Positions 37,809 through 50,200 of a stretch of 64,000 nucleotides of DNA are shown piece by piece; position 1 is the stretch's first letter; each line of letters begins with the position of its first letter. The translations under genes were made by a program, and so were the position numbers. Source of the DNA: Macrostomum hystrix (taxonomy: Eukaryota; Animalia; Platyhelminthes); NCBI GenBank assembly GCA_950097015.1, contig CATNEN010000003.1, positions 7,440,001-7,504,000 on the forward strand, read 5' to 3'. The notes below the pieces were generated by a model. It was not told the DNA's origin. It did not search any database and saw only the letters and a program-made list of their open reading frames with translations.

Positions 37809-40800
37809 ATGCCATATCCAAAGTTTATGAAAAAGAAATCAAAGAGTACATCTTACTTTTCGCATGAATATATAACTGCAAATCATAGTGATATTGTCAG
37901 TTTTATAGCAATGCTAATTGTTATCGGACTAATGTTCCAGGTAAGGGATTATTCATGACATGAGATTCGTACATGTGCCTATGTTTGTTGTTTGTTGATA
38001 ATCTAAATTTTAGTGCTGATTGATATAGAGCCTTTCTTAGCTAAATGTTTGGAAGCTGTGTATTTCATTTGTTAGGTAATAAGTATTCAATTGCTAACAG
38101 CAGCTTTCAAATCAATTAAATAGTACATTTTGTCTATTATTAAAAATATTTCTAAACTTACCTAACTATTTGTGCAATCTCTGAGCATGCTGTATAAAAT
38201 TATCTTTAATTTTTTAAACTCTTCAGCTAATGTAGAAATGAGAGGATATAGGATGTATATAAGAAGTTCACTATGTTAAGTAAGACTACTTGATAGATGG
38301 TGTTGGTGTGAATGTTCGGTTAATTAGGGTCCAAAAATGATGGCTATGGCTAAAACAATATGTTTTTTTAGCCCATTGCAGGCCTGCCATCCATCATGTG
38401 CCTCAGCTAGGTTGACCTCAGGGACAATATAGAAGGCCTTTGGCCTTTGAGCCAATCCAATTTAGAATAGGATTTTTGCTTGAAAAATCTAACTGATACT
38501 ATTTATTAATGTCCATGTGATATTTTCTCATTCTTTGTTAGCAAGAACATGAGTTAAGGTCAGGCCCATTGTGTCTGACAAGTAAGGACAAATAAATGCT
38601 AGCTTTTCTTGTGCCAGATATTTTTCATTGATGTAATATTTCATTGGTTAAGGAATTTTACATAATTCAAGTAAATAGTGCAAAGCCTTTGCAAACCTTC
38701 TCTGTATATATTTCTAGACCATCTGACTGTAGTCTATTGTAAAACTATTTATAGCTTTTTACTGTCTATGCAAGCTATGGCAGTATTAGTATGAGGTGGT
38801 ATTCATCTTACCACTAATAATCCCTTGATAAATATGCCTTAAGATAATCTAATATGTCCTGTTTAACACAGATCATAAAACATATTTTGGTTGTTAAAGA
38901 GCATGTTGTTAAAAAATAGAAAAATTGCATTTCATTTTTATAAAGAAATCTAATCTTTTTTGTTGAGTTATTTTTGTATATGCTGTTTTAATTTCAGATA
39001 AGTGCTCCATTCTCAAAGCTTTTTATTATCCTGCAGCATAATGTGACCATTGATGGTAAGTAAAGCAAATGCAAATAATGTTTTCAAATTATGAATATTT
39101 TTTGGCAAAAATGGTAAAGTATATTTAAAGTTTAAAATATGTAAGATCTGCTCAGGTCTAGAATTTCATACCTATTTTAATAATAATAATAATTGCAGGA
39201 GGGCTGTGGGCAATGACACATAATTTGGTGACACTAGACCCGTAGCCAGCGAGGAGGCAAGTCTGCCCATTTCGCTGACTCCTGAGCACACACGCACACA
39301 GATACGTACGCAGGCATACGCTCACACAGGTGTGTACATCTGCCCTGACTTTCTCATCGTCAGGCAGTGTACACTCTCACTGTGCCTTGGAGTTTGGCCC
39401 TCAAGGGCATAAATTGCACGACAAGCCCCCAAGCCTTCTCTCCGTGGCTGCGCCCCAAATAAATGTGGCCTCGCCGTGGAATTAAACTTAGGGACCGTGA
39501 CCTGTGAGTGGCAAACGTGTTAACCGCTCTGCCACCGACCCCCCATGCCTATTTTACTAAGTTCAATCTTGTCTGTCCCAGGTGGCCAGTCTTCAAACCA
39601 GGACAGTGTGAATCGAACTGGCACACTGTACACAGCCGGTCATCGGGACCTTCTAACCTGCCTTTTCTACAGCCTGATAGCCATTGTAATTCACGCCGTA
39701 CTGCAAGAATATGTTGTTGATAGATTTAATCGGCGTTTGCATTTGTCCAAGCAGCAGCTAGTCAAGGCTAATGAAAGCGGCCAATTGCTGCTATTCTATT
39801 CTGTCAGCTTCGTCTGGGGCGCCAACATTGTCTATAGGGAGCGACTGGTGACGTCAATCTCTACTTTGTGGGTTGGCTATCCGCATTTGTACTTATCATT
39901 CTGGTTCAAGTTCTACTTTATCTGCCAGATCTGTTATTGGCTGCACTGCTTTCCCGAGCTCTACTTCCAGGTGAGTATTCGACTCATGTCGAATGTCAGA
40001 AATCACTCAATCTCACACTACCCAATCTCACACTGCCCCATTTCACTCTACCCAATCTCTCTTTAACCAATCTAACTTTACCCAATCTCATTCTGCACAA
40101 TCTCACTCTACCCAATCTCACTGTACCCAATCTCACTCTACCCAATCTCACTCTACCCAATCTCACTCTACCCGATCTCACTCTACCCAATCTCACTCTA
40201 CCCAATCTCACTCTACCCAATCTCACTCTACCCGATCTCACTCTACCCAATCTCACTCTACCCAATCTCACTCTACCCAATCTCACTCTACCCGATCTCA
40301 CTCTACCCAATCTCACTCTACCCAATCTCACTCTACCCAATCTCACTCTACCCAATCTCACTCTACCCAATCTCACTCTACCCAATCCCACTCTACCCAA
40401 TCTCACTCTACCCAATCTCACTCTACCCAATCTCACTCTACCCAATCCCACTCTACCCAATCTCACTCTACCCAATCTCACTGTACCCAATCTCACTCTA
40501 CCCAATCTCACTCTACCCAATCTCACTCTACCCGATCTCACTCTACCCAATCTCACTCTACCCAATCTCACTCTACCCAATCTCACTCTACCCGATCTCA
40601 CTCTACCCAATCTCACTCTACCCAATCTCACTCTACCCAATCTCACTCTACCCGATCTCACTCTACCCAATCTCACTCTACCCAATCTCACTCTACCCAA
40701 TCTCACTCTACCCAATCTCACTCTACCCAATCTCACTCTACCCAATCCCACTCTACCCAATCTCACTCTACCCAATCTCACTCTACCCAATCTCACTCTA

Positions 40801-42873
40801 CCCAATCTCACTCTACCCAATCTCACTCTACCCAATCTCACTCTACCCAATCTCACTCTACCCAATCCCACTCTACCCAATCTCACTCTACCCTAGCTAT
40901 TTGACTTAGTTCAAAGTAATTCGTGTCTCATTTGTCACTAGTGTCTAATGCTAAAAGCCGAGTGAATTCCAATTTCTTTGCCCAGCGCGTCAACCCATCA
41001 GAAGTGCCTGAACGAGCTAAGCGCTATGCCGCCAGTTTAATTTGCGTCGCTGGCGCCTACCTGTTGAATCTTAACCGCATCGCTGTACTGCTGATGGTGC
41101 TGCATTATTCTGCCGAGCTAATATTTCACACTTCTAGATTATTGAAAGTGGCCGGTAAGCTAGCACTGGCCCGCTACGGATTCGTCCTGTGGAATGTCAT
41201 GTTCGTAGCTGTTCGAATAATGTCAGTGGCTATGGCCAGTTTAACATTCATTCTCGGCCTAGAGAAGAACTCAAGAGATCAGATATCTATTAGAGAAGGA
41301 AATTTTAATACGAAATTTATACGGTAAGTGTAAAATGATGTCTATATCTGATCTCAATAATAGTAGCTTGTTTGGTGGTTCTAATGGGGTCGGTGGCAGA
41401 GCGCTTGCGTCTCGCACCGCGTTTGTCGTGCAATTTACGCCCTTGAGGGCCAATCTCCAAGGCACAGTGAGAGTGTACACTGCCTGACGATGCGAAAATC
41501 CGGGCAGATGTACACACCTGTGTGAGTGTGTGCCTGCGTACGGTATCTGTGTGCGTGTGTGCTCAGGAGTCAGCGAAATGGGCAGAATTGCCTCCTCGCT
41601 GGCTGCGGGTCTAGTGTCACCAAATTATGTGGCCATGCCCACAACCCTCTTGAAATTTTTTCGTGTACTAAATTGGGCCGTTTATCCGACAGTTTTTTAA
41701 TGCTTTTTCGATGCGTACTACAGTTTGTGAAGTACTCTAAAGTAATTTTGAAGACAATAGTACAATTTATTACTGTGGGTAGGTTACTATTAGCAACTGA
41801 TTTCGGCCATGTGGATAAAACATACATACTGTTCAACTGGCTTTGAACATAACTTATGGGTATGCTCAACTGGCTTTGAACATAACTTATGGGTATGCTC
41901 AACTGGCTTTGAACATAACTTATGGGTATGCTCAACTGGCTTTGAACATAACTATATGGGTATGCTCAACTGGCTTTGAACATAACTTATGGGTATGTTC
42001 AACTGGCTTTGAACATACCTTATGGGTATGCTCAACTGGCTTTGAACATAACTTATGGGTATGTTCAACTGGCTTTGAACATAACTTATGGGTATGCTCA
42101 ACTGGCTTTGAACATAACATATGGGTATGCTCAACTGGCTTTGAACATAACTTATGGGTATGTTCAACTGGCTTTGAACATACCTTATGGGTATGCTCAA
42201 CTGGCTTTGAACATAACTTATGGGTATGCTCAACTGGCTTTGAACATAACTTATGGGTATGTTCAACTGGCTTTGAACATAACTTATGGGTATGCTCAAC
42301 TGGCTTTGAACATAGCTTATGGGTATGCTCAGCCTTAGCGATTATCTACACAGAAAAGAGGTCGCTATTGGTCAGACCAACACAATACTAATTGTGTTTG
42401 ACCAATAAAAACTGTCGCATGATAACCATAAGACGTAGAGTAACCTTGACGATTCTTTATAGGGCCGTTTTTAACCACATAATCATATTTTCGCTTTTCG
42501 CATCGATTTTCAGCCTCAATTGCCTAGCTCTGGTCTGTCTGCTGCAGGGCTACCAAATGTGGACTTTTATTACATTTCACGTCAGGCGCGCCAAGGAATT
42601 CTCAGATAGTTACGTCGAGCACAAAGTTACTAGCCCTAAGAGATTAAGAAGATCGATCATCGATAGGAAAGGTAGGTTAAGTACTATTGTTTTTAGCGTT
42701 CTTGTCTAACTGATTTGTAAATTTTTGCTTTACAAAATTGTTTAATTTCAGGTTTCGTTAAACGATTCGAAGAGACCGCCTCAGATGAAGATAATCAATT
42801 TGTCAGGCCTTTGTCTGCGATCAAACAGTCAACTGATGCTGCTCCGGATTTAGTTAGACAGCGGCAAGCCTAA
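37809..42873 (+). CDS. TRAM1: Translocating chain-associated membrane protein (TRAM1-like, TLC domain); exons 37809-37940, 38998-39055, 39582-39970, 40986-41323, 42514-42671, 42752-42873
   Basis: SHEYITANHSDIVS, IHAVLQEYVVDRFNRRLHLSK, NESGQL, KFYFICQICYWLHCFPELYFQ, GNFNT; splice phases are consistent. Confidence 0.92.
39178..39546 (-). mobile_element. tRNA-derived SINE family B copy 1 (TRAM intron 2)
   Basis: Head GGGGTCGGTGGCAGAGCGG, (ATT)n tail; inverted match to 41384-41660. Confidence 0.75.
40005..40893. repeat. 15-bp minisatellite (CCCAATCTCACTCTA) in TRAM intron 3
   Basis: Read directly. Confidence 0.97.
41384..41660 (+). mobile_element. tRNA-derived SINE family B copy 2, internally deleted (TRAM intron 4)
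   Basis: About 230 bp closely matches the reverse complement of 39195-39425. Confidence 0.75.
41832..42331. repeat. 33-bp minisatellite (TCAACTGGCTTTGAACATAACTTATGGGTATGC) in TRAM intron 4
   Basis: Read directly. Confidence 0.96.
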
Positions 42874-43532
42874 ATTTTAATATTTACTGGACAAATAAAC
42901 TGCAACAGATTAGTAAATTTAATCTAATTTTACATCTAACAAAATAACTAGATCTGCAACATTTTGCATTGACAGTATAGTTAGTTGAGTTCAAATCTAC
43001 TCAACTCATGTGCTCATATCTTACTCAACTGAGCTTAGCGCAGCACTTTTTTTCATTCTCTTTGAATGATTTCTGCAATAATTAGCATTTTACGTGTTTG
43101 ACGAAAGCTAACCGAGGGGCTGTTAAAACAGGTTTAAAAAATCCTTATCTTTTGTTGTGCCTATAATATTTCATTTTCTGTACTATTGGCATCATTCCTT
43201 ATTGCAGTTGTGAAAAATTCCTTATTAGAGTTTTATATTTCATGGGTGAAATAAGTGAGTTATATAGCGATCAATAGCAGTTCAAACGCTTGCCTTGCAA
43301 TATGATTCTTTTCATTGTATTGCCCTTAATCCTTAGTACGTATTTAAAATGCTGTCTGCGTCTATATTTATTTTTAACCCTCGGCCTTTAAAATTGTCTA
43401 TTGTTATTTTTTCCCTACCAGGTCTCTATGGAATCTCCTTTTTTCGATTTATTTAGATTGTTACTGTGTATACTTCATGCTTAATTCTAGTGCCAATTTT
43501 TTACTCTTACTCATGATTTCTAACCGGTCAGA

Positions 43533-44352
43533 AAGGAAGGTTTCCAATCAACTGGGAAGGTTTCCAATCAACTGGGAAGGTTTCCAATCAACTGGGAAGG
43601 TTTCCAATCAACTGGGAAGGTTTCCAATCAACTGGGAAGGTTTCCAATCAACTGGGAAGGTTTCCAATCAACTGGGAAGGTTTCCAATCAACTGGGAAGG
43701 TTTCCAAGCAACTGGGAAGGTTTCCAATCAACTGGGAAGGTTTCCAATCAACTGGGAAGGTTTCCAGTCCACTAGGAAGGTTTCCAGTCCACTAGGAATG
43801 TTTCCAATTAACTGGGAAGGTTTCCAATCAACTGGGAAGGTTTCCAGTCCACTAGGAATGTTTCCAATTAACTGGGAAGGTTTCCACTCAACTGGGAAGG
43901 TTTCCAGTCCACTAGGAAGGTTTCCAGTCCACTAGGAATGTTTCCAATTAACTGGGAAGGTTCCCAGTCCACTGGGAAGGTTTCCAATTAACTGGGAAGT
44001 TTTCCAGTCCACTAGGAATGTTTCCAATTAACTGGGAAGGTTTCCAGTCCACTAGGAATGTTTCCAATTAACTGGGAAGGTTTCCAGTCCACTAGGAATG
44101 TTTCCAATTAACTGGGAAGGTTTCCAGTCCACTAGGAATGTTTCCAATTAACTGGGAAGGTTTCCAGTCCACTAGGAAGGTACCCAGTCCACTAGAAAGG
44201 TTTCCAGTCCACTAGGAAGGTTTCCAGTCCACTAGAAAGGTTTCCGGTCCCCTAGGAAGGTTTCCAGTCCACTAGGAAGGATTCCAGTCCACTAGGAAGG
44301 TTTCCAGTCCACTAGAAAGGTTTCCGGTCCCCTAGGAAGGTTTCCAGTCCAC
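43533..44352. repeat. 20-bp minisatellite (TCAACTGGGAAGGTTTCCAA) downstream of TRAM
   Basis: Read directly; the unit drifts from left to right. Confidence 0.96.
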
Positions 44353-45245
44353 AGTGAGTGTTTAAAAAATCTAACATGGTTTCTAGGACTGTGTGGAATC
44401 TGTGGATGGAATGTCCGCTTTGTCTTGATTGAAATATTTTAGGCAATAGCAACTGATTCTTCAATTTAATACACAATCTAGATTTTAGATCTCCAAATCT
44501 CTTTATAGCTTGTAAACGTATTTGGTAAACATCTTCTGGACATTTTAGCCTTTTACCTTTTTTTCCATTCTGTTTTTATCACTATTTGTCATAATTTTCT
44601 TTATTACAATTGAAAACACTCTTTATAGGCACATAATTAAAAGTACAGTTCACTGGAACGTTTCAACTGGTATGTTTATGCACAGCGCAACAGCTAGAAC
44701 TAGATAATTGTTTTACATTTTGTCTCATCTTGTCCGAAAAAAGGTTTTCATATTACTGAAGTAGCGTGTTAGTTAAAAATACTAAAAAACTGATAAAATT
44801 GCGCATGCCAAAGCTTGGTTTTTTACTCTGAAAGGCCACTGCACTATTCTCCGATGTGGCCTATGTTTACGCGCCATTTTTTGTAAATTTCTAGTTTGTT
44901 TACTTGCGTATATACAGTTGTTTGTTTATACATATCGAGTCACAATCAACTCATCTAAGTCAAGAAATAGAGAAACCTAATAACGCCGTATATTTTATTT
45001 GCTTTTCTGTATAGTAAGCTTGCTGCTAACTACGTCTCACATTGCACTTCATCTGGTGATTTTTTGTTACCTATAGTTTTTAATACACACGTCATAATGT
45101 TTAACAACATAATGTATCATTGTATAGTAAATTAAAAATTTTCTGCTCTATTAATTAGCTCCTTAGTGACATAATTAGTTATACAATAAATAAATATTGG
45201 TTCAGTCGTCTACATTCAGATCTACATTATTCAGTATCTACATTA

Positions 45246-45460
45246 TAGCAAGACACTTAACTCTGCATTGCTTCAGAATCAGTTCACCCAGCTGTTAAAT
45301 GGGTACCAGCATTAGCTGGGATAATTGAAGGTGGGTGTGGCGTCCCCCCAGTCCATGGACTGAACAGCCGTACGCAGCCTTCAGATGCGCCGCGCATTAG
45401 CTGCGGCTGTGCTGTCGGCTGCACATCTGGCCCAATTGGGGCAGGTGTAATCAAAAAAAA
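45246..45460 (+). mobile_element. 5'-truncated CORE-like SINE
   Basis: Reverse-complement match to 34730-34931; A-rich tail. Confidence 0.8.
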
Positions 45461-47214
45461 TTTTATTCAGTCTAAATCAAGATTTTTTGTAAAAAGTAAT
45501 GTTGTATTATTAAATAATTCCGAAAACATAACGCTTACTATTGACGTACAGGCTGATATTCTTAAAAATTTACATTTTCAGCAATTAGGTGTAAACGATG
45601 CAATACACCAAACTTTATTAAGGTGTATAATCGTTATTAGAGAGTATATCTGTATAAGGGTTATTTTTTTTCAATCAGGCGATTTAGGTTTTTACACTTG
45701 TTTGGCAAAAAAATGTTTGCTCATATGCTATTCCTAGGATTTTTATTTCTTAAAATTTTGCTGTTCTATGCTTCTCTGAACTGTCCTGGCTCTGAGCAGC
45801 ACATATCGTTAAATATATTAACTTATAGGCAAGAAAAAAACTAGAACGAAGAGTTATAATATTTTTTTTAATCAAAAAATTTAATAAACTTTTACGTGCG
45901 TTAGCATATATTTACTTTATTACGTTACTATTAAAAATGCTGACAATACACTGTTTTTGTTATATTGTGCAATTTATTTTTCGCACTTTTCGACCTCGCT
46001 TCGTTCATTCGCGCTTAAAAATCGCTCACGCACGCACGGGTCGGGTCGTCAGTGATATATTTTAAGGCAGAGCTTATTCCCACGGTCCCTTGCCGATAAT
46101 TTTCTGCTTATACACACGGCAGCTTGTATGAATAGGTCTAAAACTCTTTATATGAATATGCCGTGCCGTTAATTTCAATTTTATCCACACGGTTCTGTTT
46201 TTTTGAAACGAGGCCCTTTCGGGTTTAAACGTTTTGTTGAACCCTCGAGCCAATAGATCGACAAAGTTGCCAGTGTGTTACGAATGTGTTCTACATTTCG
46301 ACCTACACATTCACTAACCGACATTAATGTCATCCTTTTCAATTATTGTAATAAAAACGTAGGCCTAGTAAATCTTTTGTCATCATTTTGTGTTTTCATT
46401 CGAATTGTATTGACTTAACAAGTAAGAGGTCTATCAAAGAAAATTATACGAGTCAACCAGCAAAATTCTAGTCAGCACCAAACTCGCCACACATATTATC
46501 ACACATCACACATTATGCATTGATAGTGTACACTATACACTAGGCCTATACTCTGAAGCAAAAGCCTTATGCTCAGAGAAGAATAGGTAGGCCTAGGGAC
46601 TTGAAAGTAGATCTATTCATACAAGCTGCCATGTGGATAAGCAGAAAATTATCCTAGCTGTAAAATCTATCTCAAGTGGCAAGCATATTAACTACTATGT
46701 TATCCTCTTGGGCCTGTTTAAATGAATAAACAAATACATCATTTTTTATTATATATTAGAATATAGGCCTGTTGCCCTGTTAGTATTATTGTATTTTGGT
46801 AAGCCCTCCAATTATGTTTACAATGTTCAGATGCAGATCTGATCTGGCATTCTGACTCATATTTACAATTGTTTTTAATGTGGTACATTAGGGATGAGAA
46901 AGTACTCTAAAGTACTTTGTACTTTTGGCGTACAAAGTAACAACTGGACAAATTCAACTTTAATTGGCAAAGTGCAAAGTGTGTGCAAAGTGCAAAGTTT
47001 GCCAAGCATTGTTGTATAAATTAATTTGATTACTGCCCCATGGCTTATTTTTGACAATTTTTGACATGCAACTTATCTTAGGCCTAAGACTAACTGCACA
47101 CACTTGAATAATTAGGCATTACTCTAATTAAGGCCAAAAAATTAACATTATGTGAATGTATTCTTTAAATGTAATGAAGGTATAAACATATAGAAAGTCA
47201 GCCAACATTAGGGT

Positions 47215-50200
47215 TGTCAGGCAGTGACAATAATATAAACGGATATGCTGCTGCCGCTGTGGTAAGGTAGAAAGTTTCTCTTTTGGGGCAAAGCCCCGCG
47301 CTTGCTTTATTGATAATACGAGTTATAGAGTACAGTGGAAGCTTGGAGGTTGTCTATGGTTCAAACGTAGTGAACGAGAATTGGGGCAGACTAATGCAAA
47401 TGAATATATAAGAATATATGAAGATTGCGTACTTTGTAATAGCATATGGAGGATTCGGGAATCCGACAGGCTGGGGGGCAGAACGATTAACAGTTGGAGG
47501 ATTCGGGAATTCGACAGGGGCTGGGGGCGGAGCGATGAACAGAATTGTTGATGTGGATCAACTAACATTGATTAGACAGTAAGACAATTGTCCGGAATTG
47601 TTGTAAGTTCAACTGCTATGTGCTAGTCAAGGAAGTCACGCGATGTTGAACAGTGCGTCCCGCACTTGTTGTCGCCGCTGAGCACGCAGTTCACGAGCTG
47701 ATGCCATCGTCGGGGCTGTGGCACCCACAGTGCTCATGGTGTTGTCACGTACATGCGGCGGTGTAAGCGGCTGCTGGTCTTTCGAGCCGGCCCCGTCATT
47801 CTCTGATGTACATGTAGGCGCCATATCAGCCTCCAGCGGTACGAGGTGGCTGATGGCACGCTGAGATTCGTGACCTGTGCTGGTGATAACTGTAACGTAG
47901 CGGACAACACCAGCGGAGTCAGGATGCACGGCCAGGACGCGGCAGGTCTTCCAGCAAGAGCGCGGCGTGGTGTCGGCCAGCAGCATGAGCTGTCCGACGC
48001 GAGGCCCTTCGGGGGCGCAGCCAGTTCGCCGCCGCTCTTGCAGGTGGGTGGACCGCAGGTGCTGAATGTATTCGCGGCGCCACCTCTCCCAGAAGCTGTC
48101 GATGATCTGCTCCCGACGGCGGTAGAGCGCGCGGAGCCACTCCGCAGGTGGCTGTCCGGGAGCCGGGATAAAGTGGTCGGTTGAGGCTGGAAGATCTAGC
48201 CGAGGGCTGGGGGCAACGATGTCGGCGGGAGTCAAAGGCCTTGGGTCCTTGGGGTCGCTGCTGAGGGCCGTCAACGGGCGCGAGTTGAGGACGGCCTCCA
48301 CTTTGCACAGCAGCGTCCGTAGCTCGTCATCGGTAATCCGTCGCCGCCAGAGGGCGGGTCGCAAGCTCGCCTTCGTGAGGCCAACCAGACGCTCCACCGC
48401 TCCTTGGTGCCATGGCGATCGAACTGGAGCGAATCTGAACCGCAGCTTTCTAAAGGCGGCGAATGGCTGAAGATCTTGATAGAGCTTGTGCTGGAAGGCT
48501 GGTGCGAGGAGGCCATCGACGACTCGCGCAGCTGCTTGAAAGGCGGTGGCCTGATCGAAGAAGATGGTGCCTTCAGTCAATCCGCGTCTGGCCCAGAAGC
48601 GCTCGAAGGCGTGGAGAACCGCATCAGCGGAGTAGTCGTACAGGTACTCGAGGTGGACGGCTCGGCTTGCGGCGCAGCAGATCACGAGGGCCCAGCGCTT
48701 GACTACGATGAGGGTTTTGGAATCGAACGTATGGATGGGTCCGAGTTGATCTACCAGAATGGAGCTGAAGGCAGGTTGACTTGAATCCAGGCGTTCCGAC
48801 GGGAGCTGACCGTGAGGTGGTCGAGGGAGTGTAGGCGCCTTGGAGCTCCGGCAGTCTAGACAGTGGCGAAGGGCCGCTCGAACGGTGGAGAGGCCGCGAG
48901 GAACCCAGAAACGCTCCCGTAGACTAAGGACAGTCGAGGCCGCAGCGTGCGTTTCCTGCTGATGAATGTGTAGGATGAGCAGGTGGCTGAGGCGGCTGTC
49001 TGGCGGAAGCAGGAACGGGTGAAGAGCGTCCACACTGAGAGTGGCGTTGGCCATCCGAGAGCCGAGGCGGAGAAGACCGTCGTGGTCCTCGAAGAGGTCG
49101 AGCTGGTGAATCAACTTGCACGCCTTTGGGTTGTTGGAACGAAAGGCTGCTAGTGTCTTTGGATGGTGAAGCTCCTGCACGTACTTGACCCAGAGGAGAA
49201 GAGCCGCTTCGCGCTCGGATGTGTTTGGGATTCCCTTGGCTTTGCTGTGAGTGGCGAAGCGTATAACGTAGGCGGTGGCACCAAGCAAAGTGCTCAGGCG
49301 GCCGTAGCGTGTTATGTCCATTCCTGCAGGCGGCGTCATAGAGATTTTCGCGGCGAAGGCAAGAAGATTGTTCGATTGGGTGTGTTTAACTGTTGCCGAC
49401 GGCGTGTTTTTTAGGAGGCTGACGTCCACAGCGGGCGGGGTCCAAGAAGGCCAGGCATCAAAGGGGAGCTCGAGGAAGCTGGGCCCCTTGAGGAAGTTGG
49501 AACTGAGCAGGTGTGCCAGGTCTAGTGGTTTGGTGCAGTAGTCCGCCGGGTTTTCCTTGGTGGGCACGTAACGGCGGTCGCTGGTGAGGTCCGAGTCCCG
49601 AATTTCTTGAACCCGACGGCCTTCGTAGGGGCGAAGCTTGGTGCCATTTTGAAGCCAGTACAGGACGATTTGGCTATCGATGTAGTGCGTGATACCGACA
49701 ATGTTGACGGCCGGCGTCAGTATGTCGCGGACGATCGAGGCCGTCCGGTTGGCGATAAGCGCAGCCCAGAGTTCGATGCGTGGCACAGTGATGTACATAC
49801 CCTTCTTCCTGGCCGGGACGAGACGGGCCTTGGCATGGATCAGGTTGGAGATGGTACGGCCGTTCAGTTCCTGTTGCAGGTAGATGGCGAAGCCATATGC
49901 TTGCGGTGATCCGTCGCTGAAGATGACAAGACGACAGGGCTTGGTACGGTCTTCGATGCAGCGACGTGGTATGGCAATGCGGTCAATCTGGATGAAGTCC
50001 TCTCGGAGTTTGCTCCAGGCTTTGATGGTGTCCGAGTCAGCAGGCTTGTCCCACGGGTCACCTGAGTCGAAGGCGGCATTGTAGAGCAGGCGTCCGGCGA
50101 GGAGAAGCGGAGCCGCGCAGCCGAACGGGTCGTAAGGCTTCGAGATCGCGCTGAGGAGACTGGACCGGGTGAGGGCGCTGTCCGCAGGGATCTCCGGCTT

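Noticed and set aside
39868-40904. Repetitive ORFs (PNLTL, QSHST; also 479-950, 21189-21975, 41843-42391, 59657-60259)
   Set aside because: Stop-free readings of tandem repeats whose period is a multiple of 3.
41487-41510. CTGACGA..GAAA in SINE family B as a hammerhead core
   Set aside because: It forms a simple hairpin (TGCCTGAC/GTCAGGGCA in the other copy) with no stem II.
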